This document shows positions 1 to 8,970 of a DNA stretch of 35,736 nucleotides, in pieces; within the stretch, counting starts at the first letter, position 1, and each line of letters opens with the position of its first letter. The position numbers were made by a program, and so were the translations under genes. This DNA is from a virus (Duplodnaviria; Caudoviricetes). Location of the stretch: IMG/VR virus record IMGVR_UViG_3300025610_000072, positions 1 through 35,736 of that record. One strand, written 5' to 3'. Below the pieces are notes generated by a model that was not told the DNA's origin, searched no databases, and worked only from the letters and a program-made list of their open reading frames with translations.

Positions 1-74
1 GGGTTGGGGTCAAGGTGTCGCTATTCATGGGGGCTTGCGACTTATGGGTGTGCGAGTTATGGGATGGGCTGGAA

Positions 75-306
75 TCTATAGACACGCTCACGCAAAGGCG
101 GGCGAGAGGGGTGGGGATTCTATAGACCCGCCCCCTGCGCCCCCGTCTATAGACCCGCCCCTATGCGAGTGTTGGGTTGAGGGTGGGGCATAGCACAGCG
201 CAGTATAGCGGTCTATAGAACGGGGCACTGCGACCCACCCACCCCATAGCACAGCCCCATAGCACCCCCTTAGAAGGAGCCATAGCACAGTGCTATCCCA
301 TAGCAC
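75..306. repeat. Non-coding GC-rich repeat region: 4x palindrome TCTATAGA (75, 119, 146, 212) and 5x CATAGCAC (189, 245, 258, 281, 299)
   Basis: Read directly from the sequence. TCTATAGACCCGCCCC is duplicated at 119 and 146, G-rich and C-rich tracts alternate, and composition differs from the rest of the window. Confidence 0.85.
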
Positions 307-383
307 TTCTTTTGGGCACGCATAGCGTTCCCAAAAAAAAATTACAGAATGGATTTTTTATACCAAAACCTCCTGTGCGTGCT

Positions 384-860
384 ATGACCAGCGCATTTAA
401 CAAAGCGTGGATTATTCTCAAAGAGCGTCCTTACAGGCGTGGTCGTATGCGAACAGGGACTCCCGATTACGCTCGTGTACCGCAGATGGATGAAGAGTCC
501 AGTTATGCAAACATTTCAATTCCTCGTGAATCACCTATCCACGGCTTAGAGCCATTCGGAGAAGATAGGCCGATGGGCACAAGCCTACCTATGCCGATGG
601 CAGATGATGTTCTTGAGCCAATCCGTCAACGCCAGCGTGAACAGGAACCATTCAACCCATTCACGGCAAAACCATCCCCACCACCAATGCGTGAAGAAAG
701 AGGCCCACCGATGGGAGGCACCGAAGGTATGTCTCGTGGCCCAATGCGTTCCCGCAAGCGAGGCGACCCTGCCCGAAATCCGAGATTTGTCCGACCGGGT
801 TTCCGCTCTACTGAAAGTATGCCTATGAGTGATAAATCGGTTGAAAACAGAATGCGATAA
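384..860 (+). CDS. Hypothetical Pro/Arg/Met-rich protein with N-terminal AFNKAWIILK tag
   Basis: ATG 384 is in frame with ORF 312-860 and lies about 25 nt after TTTTATA. It begins with the tag shared across the window. Confidence 0.7.
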   Translation: MTSAFNKAWIILKERPYRRGRMRTGTPDYARVPQMDEESSYANISIPRESPIHGLEPFGEDRPMGTSLPMPMADDVLEPIRQRQREQEPFNPFTAKPSPPPMREERGPPMGGTEGMSRGPMRSRKRGDPARNPRFVRPGFRSTESMPMSDKSVENRMR

Positions 861-898
861 CCGACAAGTTTAATTTCTGCACCGCACTCGGCCTGTAC

Positions 899-1054
899 AT
901 GCTGTTGCCTACACTCTTCATCCTCTCATTCATAGCGGGATTTGTCACAGTGTGGTTTGCCACACCCAACCCTAAAGATACTATGATTTACATTGAAGAT
1001 GAAGAAGCATTTCATCAAGCCTGCTTCAATGGTATGCGGAGGGGAATCCAGTGA
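899..1054 (+). CDS. Small (51 aa) single-pass membrane protein, not in the ORF track
   Basis: Translates as MLLPTLFILSFIAGFVTVWFATPNPKD...GIQ*. TTTAAT lies about 27 nt upstream and the stop overlaps the next start (GTGA). Confidence 0.6.
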   Translation: MLLPTLFILSFIAGFVTVWFATPNPKDTMIYIEDEEAFHQACFNGMRRGIQ

Positions 1055-1884
1055 AGGTAACCGTTTACGAGGTTGGTCCTCGTGACGGTTTACAAGCACT
1101 CAAACAACCCGTTGAAACCTCCACCAAAATAAAACTCATTGATGCGTTGTACAGTGCAGGCTTGAAAAACATTGAAGAAACGAGTTTCGCTCATCCAAAA
1201 CTTGTGCCACAAATGGCTGATGCTAACGAAGTATTTCGTAAGGGTAGCGTTCTCATCATGAACAAGCGTGGTTACGACCGTGCGGTAGCCGCTGGTGCTA
1301 CAAAATTCAGCATTGTGTTTTCACCCTGCGAAACTTTCAACATGAACAACATGGGGAAGACTCGCAGTGAAATTGTACTTATGTACAAGACATTTTTAGA
1401 CAAAGTACCCAAGAAAAATGTGCGAGTGTACATTAGCATGGCGTTTGGTTCGCCTTACAGCGGAATACCTAACATTTCAACACTTATTTCGTGTATTCGT
1501 GATGCGAAAATGTTTGGTCGCACTGTGGTGTTTGCTGACACTGTGGGTGCAGGCACTCGCAAAGAAGTACAACAATTAGCGGAACTTGCGAAAAACGAAC
1601 ATATGAAAGCCGCTTTACATCTTCACCACAGAGGAAATGAAGAACAAGCATTACAGTTGATTCGTGCAGGTTTGTTTAGCGGCATAAAAGAATTTGATTC
1701 AAGTATAGGTGGTCTTGGTGGCTGTCCATTTACCGAAAACAGCGGAGCAAACATCTCTACCGAGTCACTTGTGCGTCATTTAACCGCTTGGGGTTTTAAT
1801 TGCGGAGTAGATAAAGCGGGATTAACCAATGCCTCAAAAATTGCTGAGGAAATAAAACTTAATGAATTAAAGACTGTGATTTAA
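1051..1884 (+). CDS. hmgL: Hydroxymethylglutaryl-CoA lyase (DRE-TIM metallolyase family)
   Basis: YEVGPRDGLQ, SFAHPKLVPQMAD, FADTVG, HLH metal ligands and GGLGGCPF...GANISTE all match HMG-CoA lyase motifs. Confidence 0.9.
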   Translation: MKVTVYEVGPRDGLQALKQPVETSTKIKLIDALYSAGLKNIEETSFAHPKLVPQMADANEVFRKGSVLIMNKRGYDRAVAAGATKFSIVFSPCETFNMNNMGKTRSEIVLMYKTFLDKVPKKNVRVYISMAFGSPYSGIPNISTLISCIRDAKMFGRTVVFADTVGAGTRKEVQQLAELAKNEHMKAALHLHHRGNEEQALQLIRAGLFSGIKEFDSSIGGLGGCPFTENSGANISTESLVRHLTAWGFNCGVDKAGLTNASKIAEEIKLNELKTVI

Positions 1885-3319
1885 GCATACGCCAAGCAAT
1901 GTCTATTGGTTCACCTTTTCGCACCAAACTTTCATTTCCGTTTTCATCGGTTACAATAACATACAATCCCGAATCTAACATTTGTTTTGTATAATTTTCG
2001 TTTCGGTTGATTTTCTTGGGTTCTGCGCTTACGCCTGCATCACCATCGTCAGCCGGAGGGTTTGATTCTTGAAATTGACGATATTGCCTTGCGATAGGAC
2101 TACCTTCGGGATACATTTGCAAAGGGTTCATGTCGGCCATTGGATTTTGACCGGACACTCGTGCTTCTGCCTGTGTTTGGGTCATGGAACGGCCAAGTCC
2201 TTGTTGTTTCATTCTTTCAAAGTCAATTTGTTGTAGGAAATTACCAAAATGGCGACGGTTTGCTTCATTAGCAATAATTCGCCGGTTGCGTTCAATTTGC
2301 GATACTCCAACTGGCACATCTGCTTCATCGTAGTATGCTTGGCGGGCTTCATCATCAGCAATGTCGTAAAAATCATGTGAGTAGCGATTTACGGTATGGG
2401 TTGCTTTTATTGTTTTCCTGTTCCCCGCTTGTGTTGCCGCATCATTCGCAGTGACAAGAGAAAACTTTGGATGTTCGGAAGGCTCATCACGAGCATGTCC
2501 GGCGGCAAAAACAGGGTGATATTGCTCTACAATCCTACCCTTGTCGGTTTTAACCGTGCTTCTTATCGGTTCATCTGTACGAAGAAGAGGAAGCGCAATA
2601 CCGGGAAAGTTTTCGGGATGTGGAACACCTTTTTCATCATTACCACCCGGAATTGATTTTTGATTTCCTCGCTCAATCAATTCGGGATTACGATGAAGCA
2701 TCAAGTCCATGTACGCAAGTGCCAAATCTCGTGGAGTGAGTTTTTCAGCACCTTTTGGCATTTTTTGGTCGGGTTTGTACCTTTGACTGAAACGCATATC
2801 GTGATGTCCTAAATCGTGAATACTCACATGTTTTAGTTTCATTTTATTAGCGTGACTGATGATAAGTTCCTTGTCAAAAGCATCAAAGCCGGGAAGAAAC
2901 GACCACGCTTTGAGCAATCGCCACGACATGTCCATGGCCTCACCCGTAGCGATTTGTGAGCCAGCCTTGGCTTTGTCGGCCATTTGCTGACCACGCTCTT
3001 CCATGCGTTGCTGGCTGGCTTGTTGTGCTTGTGCGTAAGCGGCACCGGCATCAGCCGCTTTTTCACCACGAGATTTTACTTTATCAGTAAATGATTGCTG
3101 ATTGTTGGCTTCGGTGATGTTTTCACCACCAGTAAGTGCATCACCCACCTTACCGCCTGTTTTAGCACCCATAAATCCACCAACAATACCACCGAGGACT
3201 GTGCCAACGCCGGGAACAATGCTTCCAAGTGCCGCACCACGGGCGGCACCGCTGGCCGCACCACCTACAGTTCCAACAGCCTGTCCAATGTCTCCTTTGA
3301 CAAGGACACGCCTGCTCAT
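1859..3319 (-). CDS. Hypothetical protein with N-terminal glycine-zipper segment and two copies of the tag (GEAMDMSWRLLK, GEPIDIAWRMLK)
   Basis: 486-aa ORF starting MSRRVLVKG, with GAALGSIVPGVGTVLGGIVGG. Tags at 2909-2944 and 1880-1915. Confidence 0.8.
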   Translation of the reverse strand: MSRRVLVKGDIGQAVGTVGGAASGAARGAALGSIVPGVGTVLGGIVGGFMGAKTGGKVGDALTGGENITEANNQQSFTDKVKSRGEKAADAGAAYAQAQQASQQRMEERGQQMADKAKAGSQIATGEAMDMSWRLLKAWSFLPGFDAFDKELIISHANKMKLKHVSIHDLGHHDMRFSQRYKPDQKMPKGAEKLTPRDLALAYMDLMLHRNPELIERGNQKSIPGGNDEKGVPHPENFPGIALPLLRTDEPIRSTVKTDKGRIVEQYHPVFAAGHARDEPSEHPKFSLVTANDAATQAGNRKTIKATHTVNRYSHDFYDIADDEARQAYYDEADVPVGVSQIERNRRIIANEANRRHFGNFLQQIDFERMKQQGLGRSMTQTQAEARVSGQNPMADMNPLQMYPEGSPIARQYRQFQESNPPADDGDAGVSAEPKKINRNENYTKQMLDSGLYVIVTDENGNESLVRKGEPIDIAWRMLKSQSLIH

Positions 3320-3343
3320 GCTACACGCATGAGGCGGTATGTC

Positions 3344-3349
3344 TTTAAA
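3344..3349. promoter_or_regulatory. Putative bidirectional archaeal TATA box (TTTAAA)
   Basis: Palindromic hexamer centred about 25-27 nt from both divergent ATGs (3319 on -, 3371 on +). Confidence 0.6.
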
Positions 3350-3370
3350 TTATTTCATCATGGAACGAGC

Positions 3371-4669
3371 ATGGCGAGGGTGCTGATAAGCAAAGCAACT
3401 CTCGCTGATTTTGGTGTACCTCGCCAAGAAGTGGCTGTGCGCCAGCCTATGCCTACTGAACAGCAAATTAGTGATGCAGTGTTAGGGGATGAAAATATGG
3501 GGTTATTGTCACCCGAACAATATGGTATGCGAATGCCTTTACTTGAGCGTGAAAAATTTGAGGATAGCAACAAAAGAACATCCGAAAAACATTATCCCGG
3601 TGAAGCGGGGAAGAAATTTTTACAAGGTATGAATCTTGAAGGTGCACTGGCAAGCGGAATTGCAATGAGAGAATTTCCAGCAATAGGAATGCAAGACCAC
3701 CATGAGCAAATACCATTTTTGCGTGATTATTTTAGTAGGCAAACTACTTTGCCCGAACATGATTGGAGTTACCATACAGAAGGCCCGTATTACGATGAAG
3801 ATGGAAACATTTTGCCGGGTCAAGTACCTCCTGTAAATGCTGTTAAGTTAATGGCAGATAAAGACATTCAACATATAGGACAAGGGAGTGGTTTTGGGTT
3901 AAAACCACTTCCACATAGTCTTGTTAATGAAAAGTGGGAAAAAGAACAAATGCGACCGGGAGAAAGGTTTCCTGCTGAAAATATCGCTTTTGTTGGCCCG
4001 AATATAGAAAATGATATAGCCCGAAATGCCGCCGCTAATGTTTCTTCAAGAGATAGAAGGGGATATGTAGGAATAAGGGGTTTTGGTAGGCCAAGCGATA
4101 GAGCATTTGCAAGAGATGCAAGAAGAGAAGGTAGAGAAGCAGGATTTACATCTGCTATACCACCGGAACGCTTAGTAGGTGCCATGCCTGCATCAAAAGC
4201 CAGCACAGGGGGTAGGGATAAAGAACCGACACGAAATATGATGCCCGTATTAGTTCAAAATAAGTCTTTTGAGCAAAAACTAATGGAAGCGGTAGAAGAG
4301 GGACGAATCCCTGTAACGGAAGTACCGATTATAATGGCTAATCAAAGAAAAAGCCGTAAGTTATTTCCGAATGAAGAAGGGTGGAAATCGTTTGATGCAA
4401 GAGAAAAGGCAAAGAAAGATATGCGACCTTTTGTAGATGAAATAGACCATATGTTTGAGGGAAGCCTACCAGTTTCATGGAAAGATGCACATTTTGGTCT
4501 TGAAAATCCTATTTTGACAGATGCCGAAAAAGAAAATTACATGCGTCAAATAAAGGAACAAATGTATGATGACGAAATTGAAGACATTCATCAGTGGACA
4601 ACTATGGATGATTGGGCTAAAAGAAACCCAGTGCTTCATCCAAAACATAACAAGGTGAGATTTTCATGA
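3371..4669 (+). CDS. Hypothetical protein, probable start MARVLISKA
   Basis: In frame with ORF 3095-4669. ATG 3371 avoids overlap with the opposite gene and carries the shared N-terminal RVL..K tag. Confidence 0.75.
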   Translation: MARVLISKATLADFGVPRQEVAVRQPMPTEQQISDAVLGDENMGLLSPEQYGMRMPLLEREKFEDSNKRTSEKHYPGEAGKKFLQGMNLEGALASGIAMREFPAIGMQDHHEQIPFLRDYFSRQTTLPEHDWSYHTEGPYYDEDGNILPGQVPPVNAVKLMADKDIQHIGQGSGFGLKPLPHSLVNEKWEKEQMRPGERFPAENIAFVGPNIENDIARNAAANVSSRDRRGYVGIRGFGRPSDRAFARDARREGREAGFTSAIPPERLVGAMPASKASTGGRDKEPTRNMMPVLVQNKSFEQKLMEAVEEGRIPVTEVPIIMANQRKSRKLFPNEEGWKSFDAREKAKKDMRPFVDEIDHMFEGSLPVSWKDAHFGLENPILTDAEKENYMRQIKEQMYDDEIEDIHQWTTMDDWAKRNPVLHPKHNKVRFS

Positions 4670-7023
4670 AGCGTGTGTTGGTCAAGAAGGCTTTGCCTCG
4701 GCATTGGTCAAAGGATTTTGATACCACTGAGGACTTACGCAATGTGTTAAGACAGGCTCGTTTGATGTCTCTTGAGGATGCAAAAAACATTGAAAACATA
4801 CCACTAAGACCCGATGTAAGAGATTGGGAATTGAGTCATACTGCTCAAGGGATGAAGAGCATTATTCCGGGTATCCAAGGGGGTAAAATTACAGACCAAG
4901 GATATGTGGACGAAGGTGGAGCATTTACTTATCCGCCTCAATTACAATCGTTTTTACCTATGATAAACCCCGATGCAAGAATGAGTGTCACTATGCCCGA
5001 CATACCCGGCTCAATGGGTAAACCAAGTGGAAGGCCAAGTGTCTTAGTTGGTTCCTTTGAAAAGCCGGAGTTTCACGCTACTCAAAAAGAAGGGCGTGTA
5101 CAAACCGAAGGATTCATGCCGGGTGGTTTTGACCCCTCTCAAGCAGTTTTGCTGACAGAACCCTCTCGTGCTTTTGCAAGACAAGAGGTTCCAATGGCTA
5201 TACAAAACCTTGTAGGAGGAAAAATGAAAGATTATGCTCCCGGTACTTTTGGTTATGATGAACCTGTAGGAAGAGCGATGGAATCATTCAACATTTTACC
5301 ATATAGTACAGAAAATCCATTATCACAGTTTTCGGGGTGGGGTCAACCCCGAACTGTTGATGATGAGTTCCGACTAAGCGAACCAATGGACATCGCCTTC
5401 CAACTCCTCAAAGATGATAACATGGAGGAATACATGGAAGATGCGTTTGATTTAGGTTCCCCATTATTGTCTTATGATGAATTACATGGTAAGCAAAAGC
5501 AAATTGTTGATACTATTGCTGGTGCACCATCTTCTTACTGGAATGACCCCGAAAGCGGTGAGTTAGAAACTGAAAACTACAGCGGTATGTTTCAACAGGA
5601 TGAACACCACCTTTATCCCGATGAAGCGTTTGATGAATACCTCCGTTACATTCAACATTTCCATGACGCATCAGCAAAAATAAGTGCCATGCCACATGAA
5701 GAGCAAATGAAAATTATGTCTCATTATTCTAATCAACATATGTTACCTAATGAGGAGAAAGAAGAGCACCCACTCCATCCTGCAAAAGTAGCGTTGGATA
5801 AAATGGCGGAAGAGTATGAACATTGGAATGTAGAAGACCCTCATGGTGATTTTTACAACCGGTACAATGAGCCAAAGTCGTCACAGGGAGGAGCCTCAAG
5901 GATGGCCGGAGGATTTCACCGTAGCGAACCAATGGATATTGCTATGCGATTGCTAAAGCGTGACAAGATATATGACCCCAATGCTGAAAACAAAGGTCAA
6001 GAAGGAGTTGACTGGCATCCGGGTGAAGAAGGAGTTGATTGGGATTCAGCAGTTTCATCATCACTTCATCCGAGTCATGATTTAACACAAAGGCATCCTT
6101 TTGACTATGATATGCACGAGTACGACCATCATGCTCAAAAATTACTCAACCTTATGCGAAACCGTGATGTTGCACACCTTCAAAATAATGAAAATCCAAT
6201 GACCGAAGATGAGCAATTTGATTTAATGGATGCACAACAAAAATTACAGGCTTCTATTCCTAAAAATACACATTTTCCAAGTATTCAAAATGCCGTTGGA
6301 TATGATAAAGACGGAAACAAGATAAGCACATTTGGAGACGGAAGACCAAAGTTTAACGAAGGTTCTCCACGCTATCAAGAACTAATTGGTGATAGACCAA
6401 CAGTTCCTATTCACACAGAAGGTTCTTTTTACGGAGTTCCATTCAATGAGGAAACAGGCTTTACTCGTAGCGAACCAATGGACATCGCTATGCGGTTGTT
6501 GAAAAATGAACCTGCTGATTACGCAGACACTTATCAGCAAGTCCGAAACAACATTGGTGCCGATGGCGAATATATGACTGACGAAGAATTAAACGCTATT
6601 GACGAGCGTTATTCGGAATTGCACGATGATGAAAAACACCTTGAAGAGTATTATAACTTATTGGAGGCTATTGAACTTGAAAAGAAAAGACGAGCAGAAG
6701 GGTCATTTGATGGTATAGGCCACAACGAAGAAACAGGTTTTACTCGTAGTGAACCAATGAACATCGCCTTCCAACTGCTCAAGGAGCGTGTAAGCCCCGA
6801 AGCCAAGCGGCATAAGTTGGAGTACGACAAGAAGTACGAGTCCAGCCCGGAGCGGGTGAAGTATCGGGAGGAGTTGAACCGTGAACGCCGTCGCCGTGGT
6901 ATCTATGGAAGCCACGACCATAAGGACATTAGCCACACTAAGGGCGGCAAATTGACCCTTGAAGGCGAACATGAAAACAGGGCACGGCACTTCAAAGACA
7001 AGGGAACCCTTCGGGAGTTGTGA
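4666..7023 (+). CDS. Modular (polyprotein-like) protein with four SEPM[DN]IAxxLLK repeats and a C-terminal basic HNH-like module
   Basis: 785 aa with AGGTGA RBS. Repeats at 5377, 5923, 6469 and 6748. C-terminus contains YREELNRERRRRGIYG..HKDISH...EHENRAR. Confidence 0.8.
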   Translation: MKRVLVKKALPRHWSKDFDTTEDLRNVLRQARLMSLEDAKNIENIPLRPDVRDWELSHTAQGMKSIIPGIQGGKITDQGYVDEGGAFTYPPQLQSFLPMINPDARMSVTMPDIPGSMGKPSGRPSVLVGSFEKPEFHATQKEGRVQTEGFMPGGFDPSQAVLLTEPSRAFARQEVPMAIQNLVGGKMKDYAPGTFGYDEPVGRAMESFNILPYSTENPLSQFSGWGQPRTVDDEFRLSEPMDIAFQLLKDDNMEEYMEDAFDLGSPLLSYDELHGKQKQIVDTIAGAPSSYWNDPESGELETENYSGMFQQDEHHLYPDEAFDEYLRYIQHFHDASAKISAMPHEEQMKIMSHYSNQHMLPNEEKEEHPLHPAKVALDKMAEEYEHWNVEDPHGDFYNRYNEPKSSQGGASRMAGGFHRSEPMDIAMRLLKRDKIYDPNAENKGQEGVDWHPGEEGVDWDSAVSSSLHPSHDLTQRHPFDYDMHEYDHHAQKLLNLMRNRDVAHLQNNENPMTEDEQFDLMDAQQKLQASIPKNTHFPSIQNAVGYDKDGNKISTFGDGRPKFNEGSPRYQELIGDRPTVPIHTEGSFYGVPFNEETGFTRSEPMDIAMRLLKNEPADYADTYQQVRNNIGADGEYMTDEELNAIDERYSELHDDEKHLEEYYNLLEAIELEKKRRAEGSFDGIGHNEETGFTRSEPMNIAFQLLKERVSPEAKRHKLEYDKKYESSPERVKYREELNRERRRRGIYGSHDHKDISHTKGGKLTLEGEHENRARHFKDKGTLREL

Positions 7024-7031
7024 GTATTCAC

Positions 7032-7200
7032 TTACCTCACTTTCCTCAAACTTCACTTCACCAAAAATGAGGTAACTGAAATAGTCACTTTACTCATAGG
7101 TCTTACTCTCAATATAATAGTAGTATAGACTATAGTGAATAAATGAAGTAAACTTGGGGGGTCAAAAATAGTGAGTGAAGTTTTGAGGTAAGTGAGGAAA
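7032..7200. repeat. Imperfect ~30-nt inverted repeat (7032-7061 / 7171-7200) around an AT-rich core, with TTWCCTCA units
   Basis: TTACCTCA at 7032 and TTTCCTCA at 7041; reverse-complement copies at 7068, 7184 and 7193. The region is intergenic. Confidence 0.75.
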
Positions 7201-7236
7201 GCGAAATGCTTATATTGACCATCAAAGTGACCAAGC

Positions 7237-7809
7237 GTGAGGACAATGCAACAAAGCAGTAATACTTCGGAAGCCGAAATACGCCTAATGGGGCTTATTC
7301 TTGCCCAATCAGCACTTGTAGGATTAGCAATTGGTCTTTTTGATGCAGATATGTGGTTGAACACAGAAGACCCACTGGTAAATGGTTTCACATACGCCAT
7401 GGCCGCATTTTTTGTACAAGGAATCGCCTATTACTTTTTCAAAATGTTCTTTGAACAAAACATGCAAGAGCGTGTTCGTATTCAAAACATGGAGCGACAG
7501 CGACAGGGACGATACCGCAGTATGCAATATCAATTTGATAATCGTAGAGCGGAAATGGAACTTCGTATGCAAGAAGCACAACTTGAAACTGAATTGCGTT
7601 GGATGGAGCAAAATCCCGGTAAAATGCCTCCTTCTTGGGGTGTACCGGGTGGTTCTCCTTCCCTCGTTGAACAACATGAAAACAAACTTATCAGTAATCC
7701 CCCAAAACATAACGCAGAAATTAAAGCACCAGTGAATCTCGGTGTTAAGGAAGAAGAAGTCCCTTTGAAGAAAGATGGAACACCCGATAAGCGATACATG
7801 AAAGACTGA
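7237..7809 (+). CDS. Membrane protein (2 TM) with coiled coil and C-terminal KKDGTPDKRY motif
   Basis: Two hydrophobic stretches followed by a Q/E/R-rich helix. TTATAT lies about 25 nt upstream; the start could be ATG 7246. Confidence 0.8.
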   Translation: MRTMQQSSNTSEAEIRLMGLILAQSALVGLAIGLFDADMWLNTEDPLVNGFTYAMAAFFVQGIAYYFFKMFFEQNMQERVRIQNMERQRQGRYRSMQYQFDNRRAEMELRMQEAQLETELRWMEQNPGKMPPSWGVPGGSPSLVEQHENKLISNPPKHNAEIKAPVNLGVKEEEVPLKKDGTPDKRYMKD

Positions 7810-7820
7810 GTGGTGTTGTT

Positions 7821-8081
7821 TTGGGCCGTATATTCAAAACCCCTACGGACGATTCTACCGAGGCTACGCTTCGTGCAATGCACACGCAAAATACACTTGA
7901 CAACTATTACGAAAAAGGTGTAGGGTGGCTAAGAACAATTCTTTTTGTGAGTATAGCCATACTTGCTACCAGTTTTTGGGAATTAAATACAGGTGAATCA
8001 GCATGGGAAAATACAGTAGAATGGTTATGGGCAAAAACGCAAAACTTTGCAAATTGGCTTTGGGGGTTTGTAGATGGTTGA
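7821..8081 (+). CDS. Small Trp-rich membrane protein (1 TM)
   Basis: Contains WLRTILFVSIAILATSFW and is translationally coupled to the next gene. Confidence 0.7.
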   Translation: MGRIFKTPTDDSTEATLRAMHTQNTLDNYYEKGVGWLRTILFVSIAILATSFWELNTGESAWENTVEWLWAKTQNFANWLWGFVDG

Positions 8082-8790
8082 GCCAGCAGGTACAGCGGTT
8101 GTTGGTGCGATGGTGTGGGGAAAAGCGGTCATCAACGCATGGAGGCCACGCAAGGTCGGCATTTACGGCGCAGGATTAACAGGTAAAACCACACTTGACC
8201 GTTACATGACTACTCCGGGTGAAATGGAAGAAATACCCGAAGAAGACCGTACAACTCATTTTAAAATGCTTGGAAGGCATGTTTTACCTAAACCATCACG
8301 CAAACGAGTTTCATGGAAAGGGGAAAAGCGTGTAGTGTTTTCTGCTGATGTTGGCGGGCAGGAACGGTTTTGGAATTTGTGGATTGATGACATGGTGGCT
8401 CGTCAAGTAGAATGCGTTGTGTATATGTTTGATGACCGTGCTATCAAAGGAGGTGAAAAAGCCCTGCAACAGATTGCTGGCTTCAAGTACCTTGTAGATG
8501 CAGTTATCAACCGACAATACCGCTATCGCAATTTTAAAAGCCGATGGAAGGGTAAAAAATATGTTCCCAAACTCATTATGTTGGTAGCCAACAAAGCCGA
8601 CCGTTTCTTTGATGAGACCGCTGTTATGCTTTGGCAACAAGACCGTATCGGTGAACATAAAATCTTTGACGCATTCCGTGATGACCTTATTCGCCTGCAA
8701 AAAGCAGGTGTGCCCACTCGTCGTTCCTTTATGGCAACAAGAATTGGATGGAATGTAGAAGCAACAATGATTTCTCTTTTGAGTTCATGA
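8074..8790 (+). CDS. Small GTPase, Ras superfamily, Arf-like
   Basis: G1 GAGLTGKTT, G3 DVGGQERFWNLW, G4 LVANKAD and G5-like MAT. Confidence 0.85.
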   Translation: MVEPAGTAVVGAMVWGKAVINAWRPRKVGIYGAGLTGKTTLDRYMTTPGEMEEIPEEDRTTHFKMLGRHVLPKPSRKRVSWKGEKRVVFSADVGGQERFWNLWIDDMVARQVECVVYMFDDRAIKGGEKALQQIAGFKYLVDAVINRQYRYRNFKSRWKGKKYVPKLIMLVANKADRFFDETAVMLWQQDRIGEHKIFDAFRDDLIRLQKAGVPTRRSFMATRIGWNVEATMISLLSS

Positions 8791-8799
8791 GGTGAGAAA

Positions 8800-8970
8800 G
8801 TGACAAAAACAACAGTAGCATCAGTAGGAAAAACAAGCAACAGTGTAAGGACTGTTATCCCGATGTGGATTGCGGAACTTATGGATTTAGATAAAGGTAC
8901 AAAACTTAAATGGAAACTTGTACGAACAGAAAATGGATATATTGCACAAATAGAAGGTGAAACAAAATGA
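8800..8970 (+). CDS. AbrB/MazE/SpoVT-type DNA-binding protein (56 aa, not in the ORF track)
   Basis: GTG start after GAGGTGA. SNSVRTVIPMWIAELMDLDKGTKLKWKL fits the swapped-hairpin pattern. Confidence 0.75.
   Translation: MTKTTVASVGKTSNSVRTVIPMWIAELMDLDKGTKLKWKLVRTENGYIAQIEGETK

Noticed and set aside
75-306. Short repeats as a CRISPR array, and ORF 88-306 (-)
   Set aside because: The repeats are only 8-16 nt with irregular spacing. The ORF is a translation of low-complexity repeats.
3095-3370. N-terminal extension of ORF 3095-4669
   Set aside because: It overlaps the opposite-strand gene. ATG 3371 has a TATA box and the shared leader.
5377-6783. Tag repeats as DNA-level elements (CRISPR repeats, attC-like sites or intein remnants)
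   Set aside because: All copies are in frame and vary mainly at synonymous positions, with no palindromic structure and no intein Cys/His-Asn termini.
1051-8790. Cellular (host chromosome) origin for the lyase and GTPase segment
   Set aside because: The flanking ORFs carry the same tag as genes in the head module and show the same palindrome avoidance. No integrase, att site or housekeeping genes are visible.
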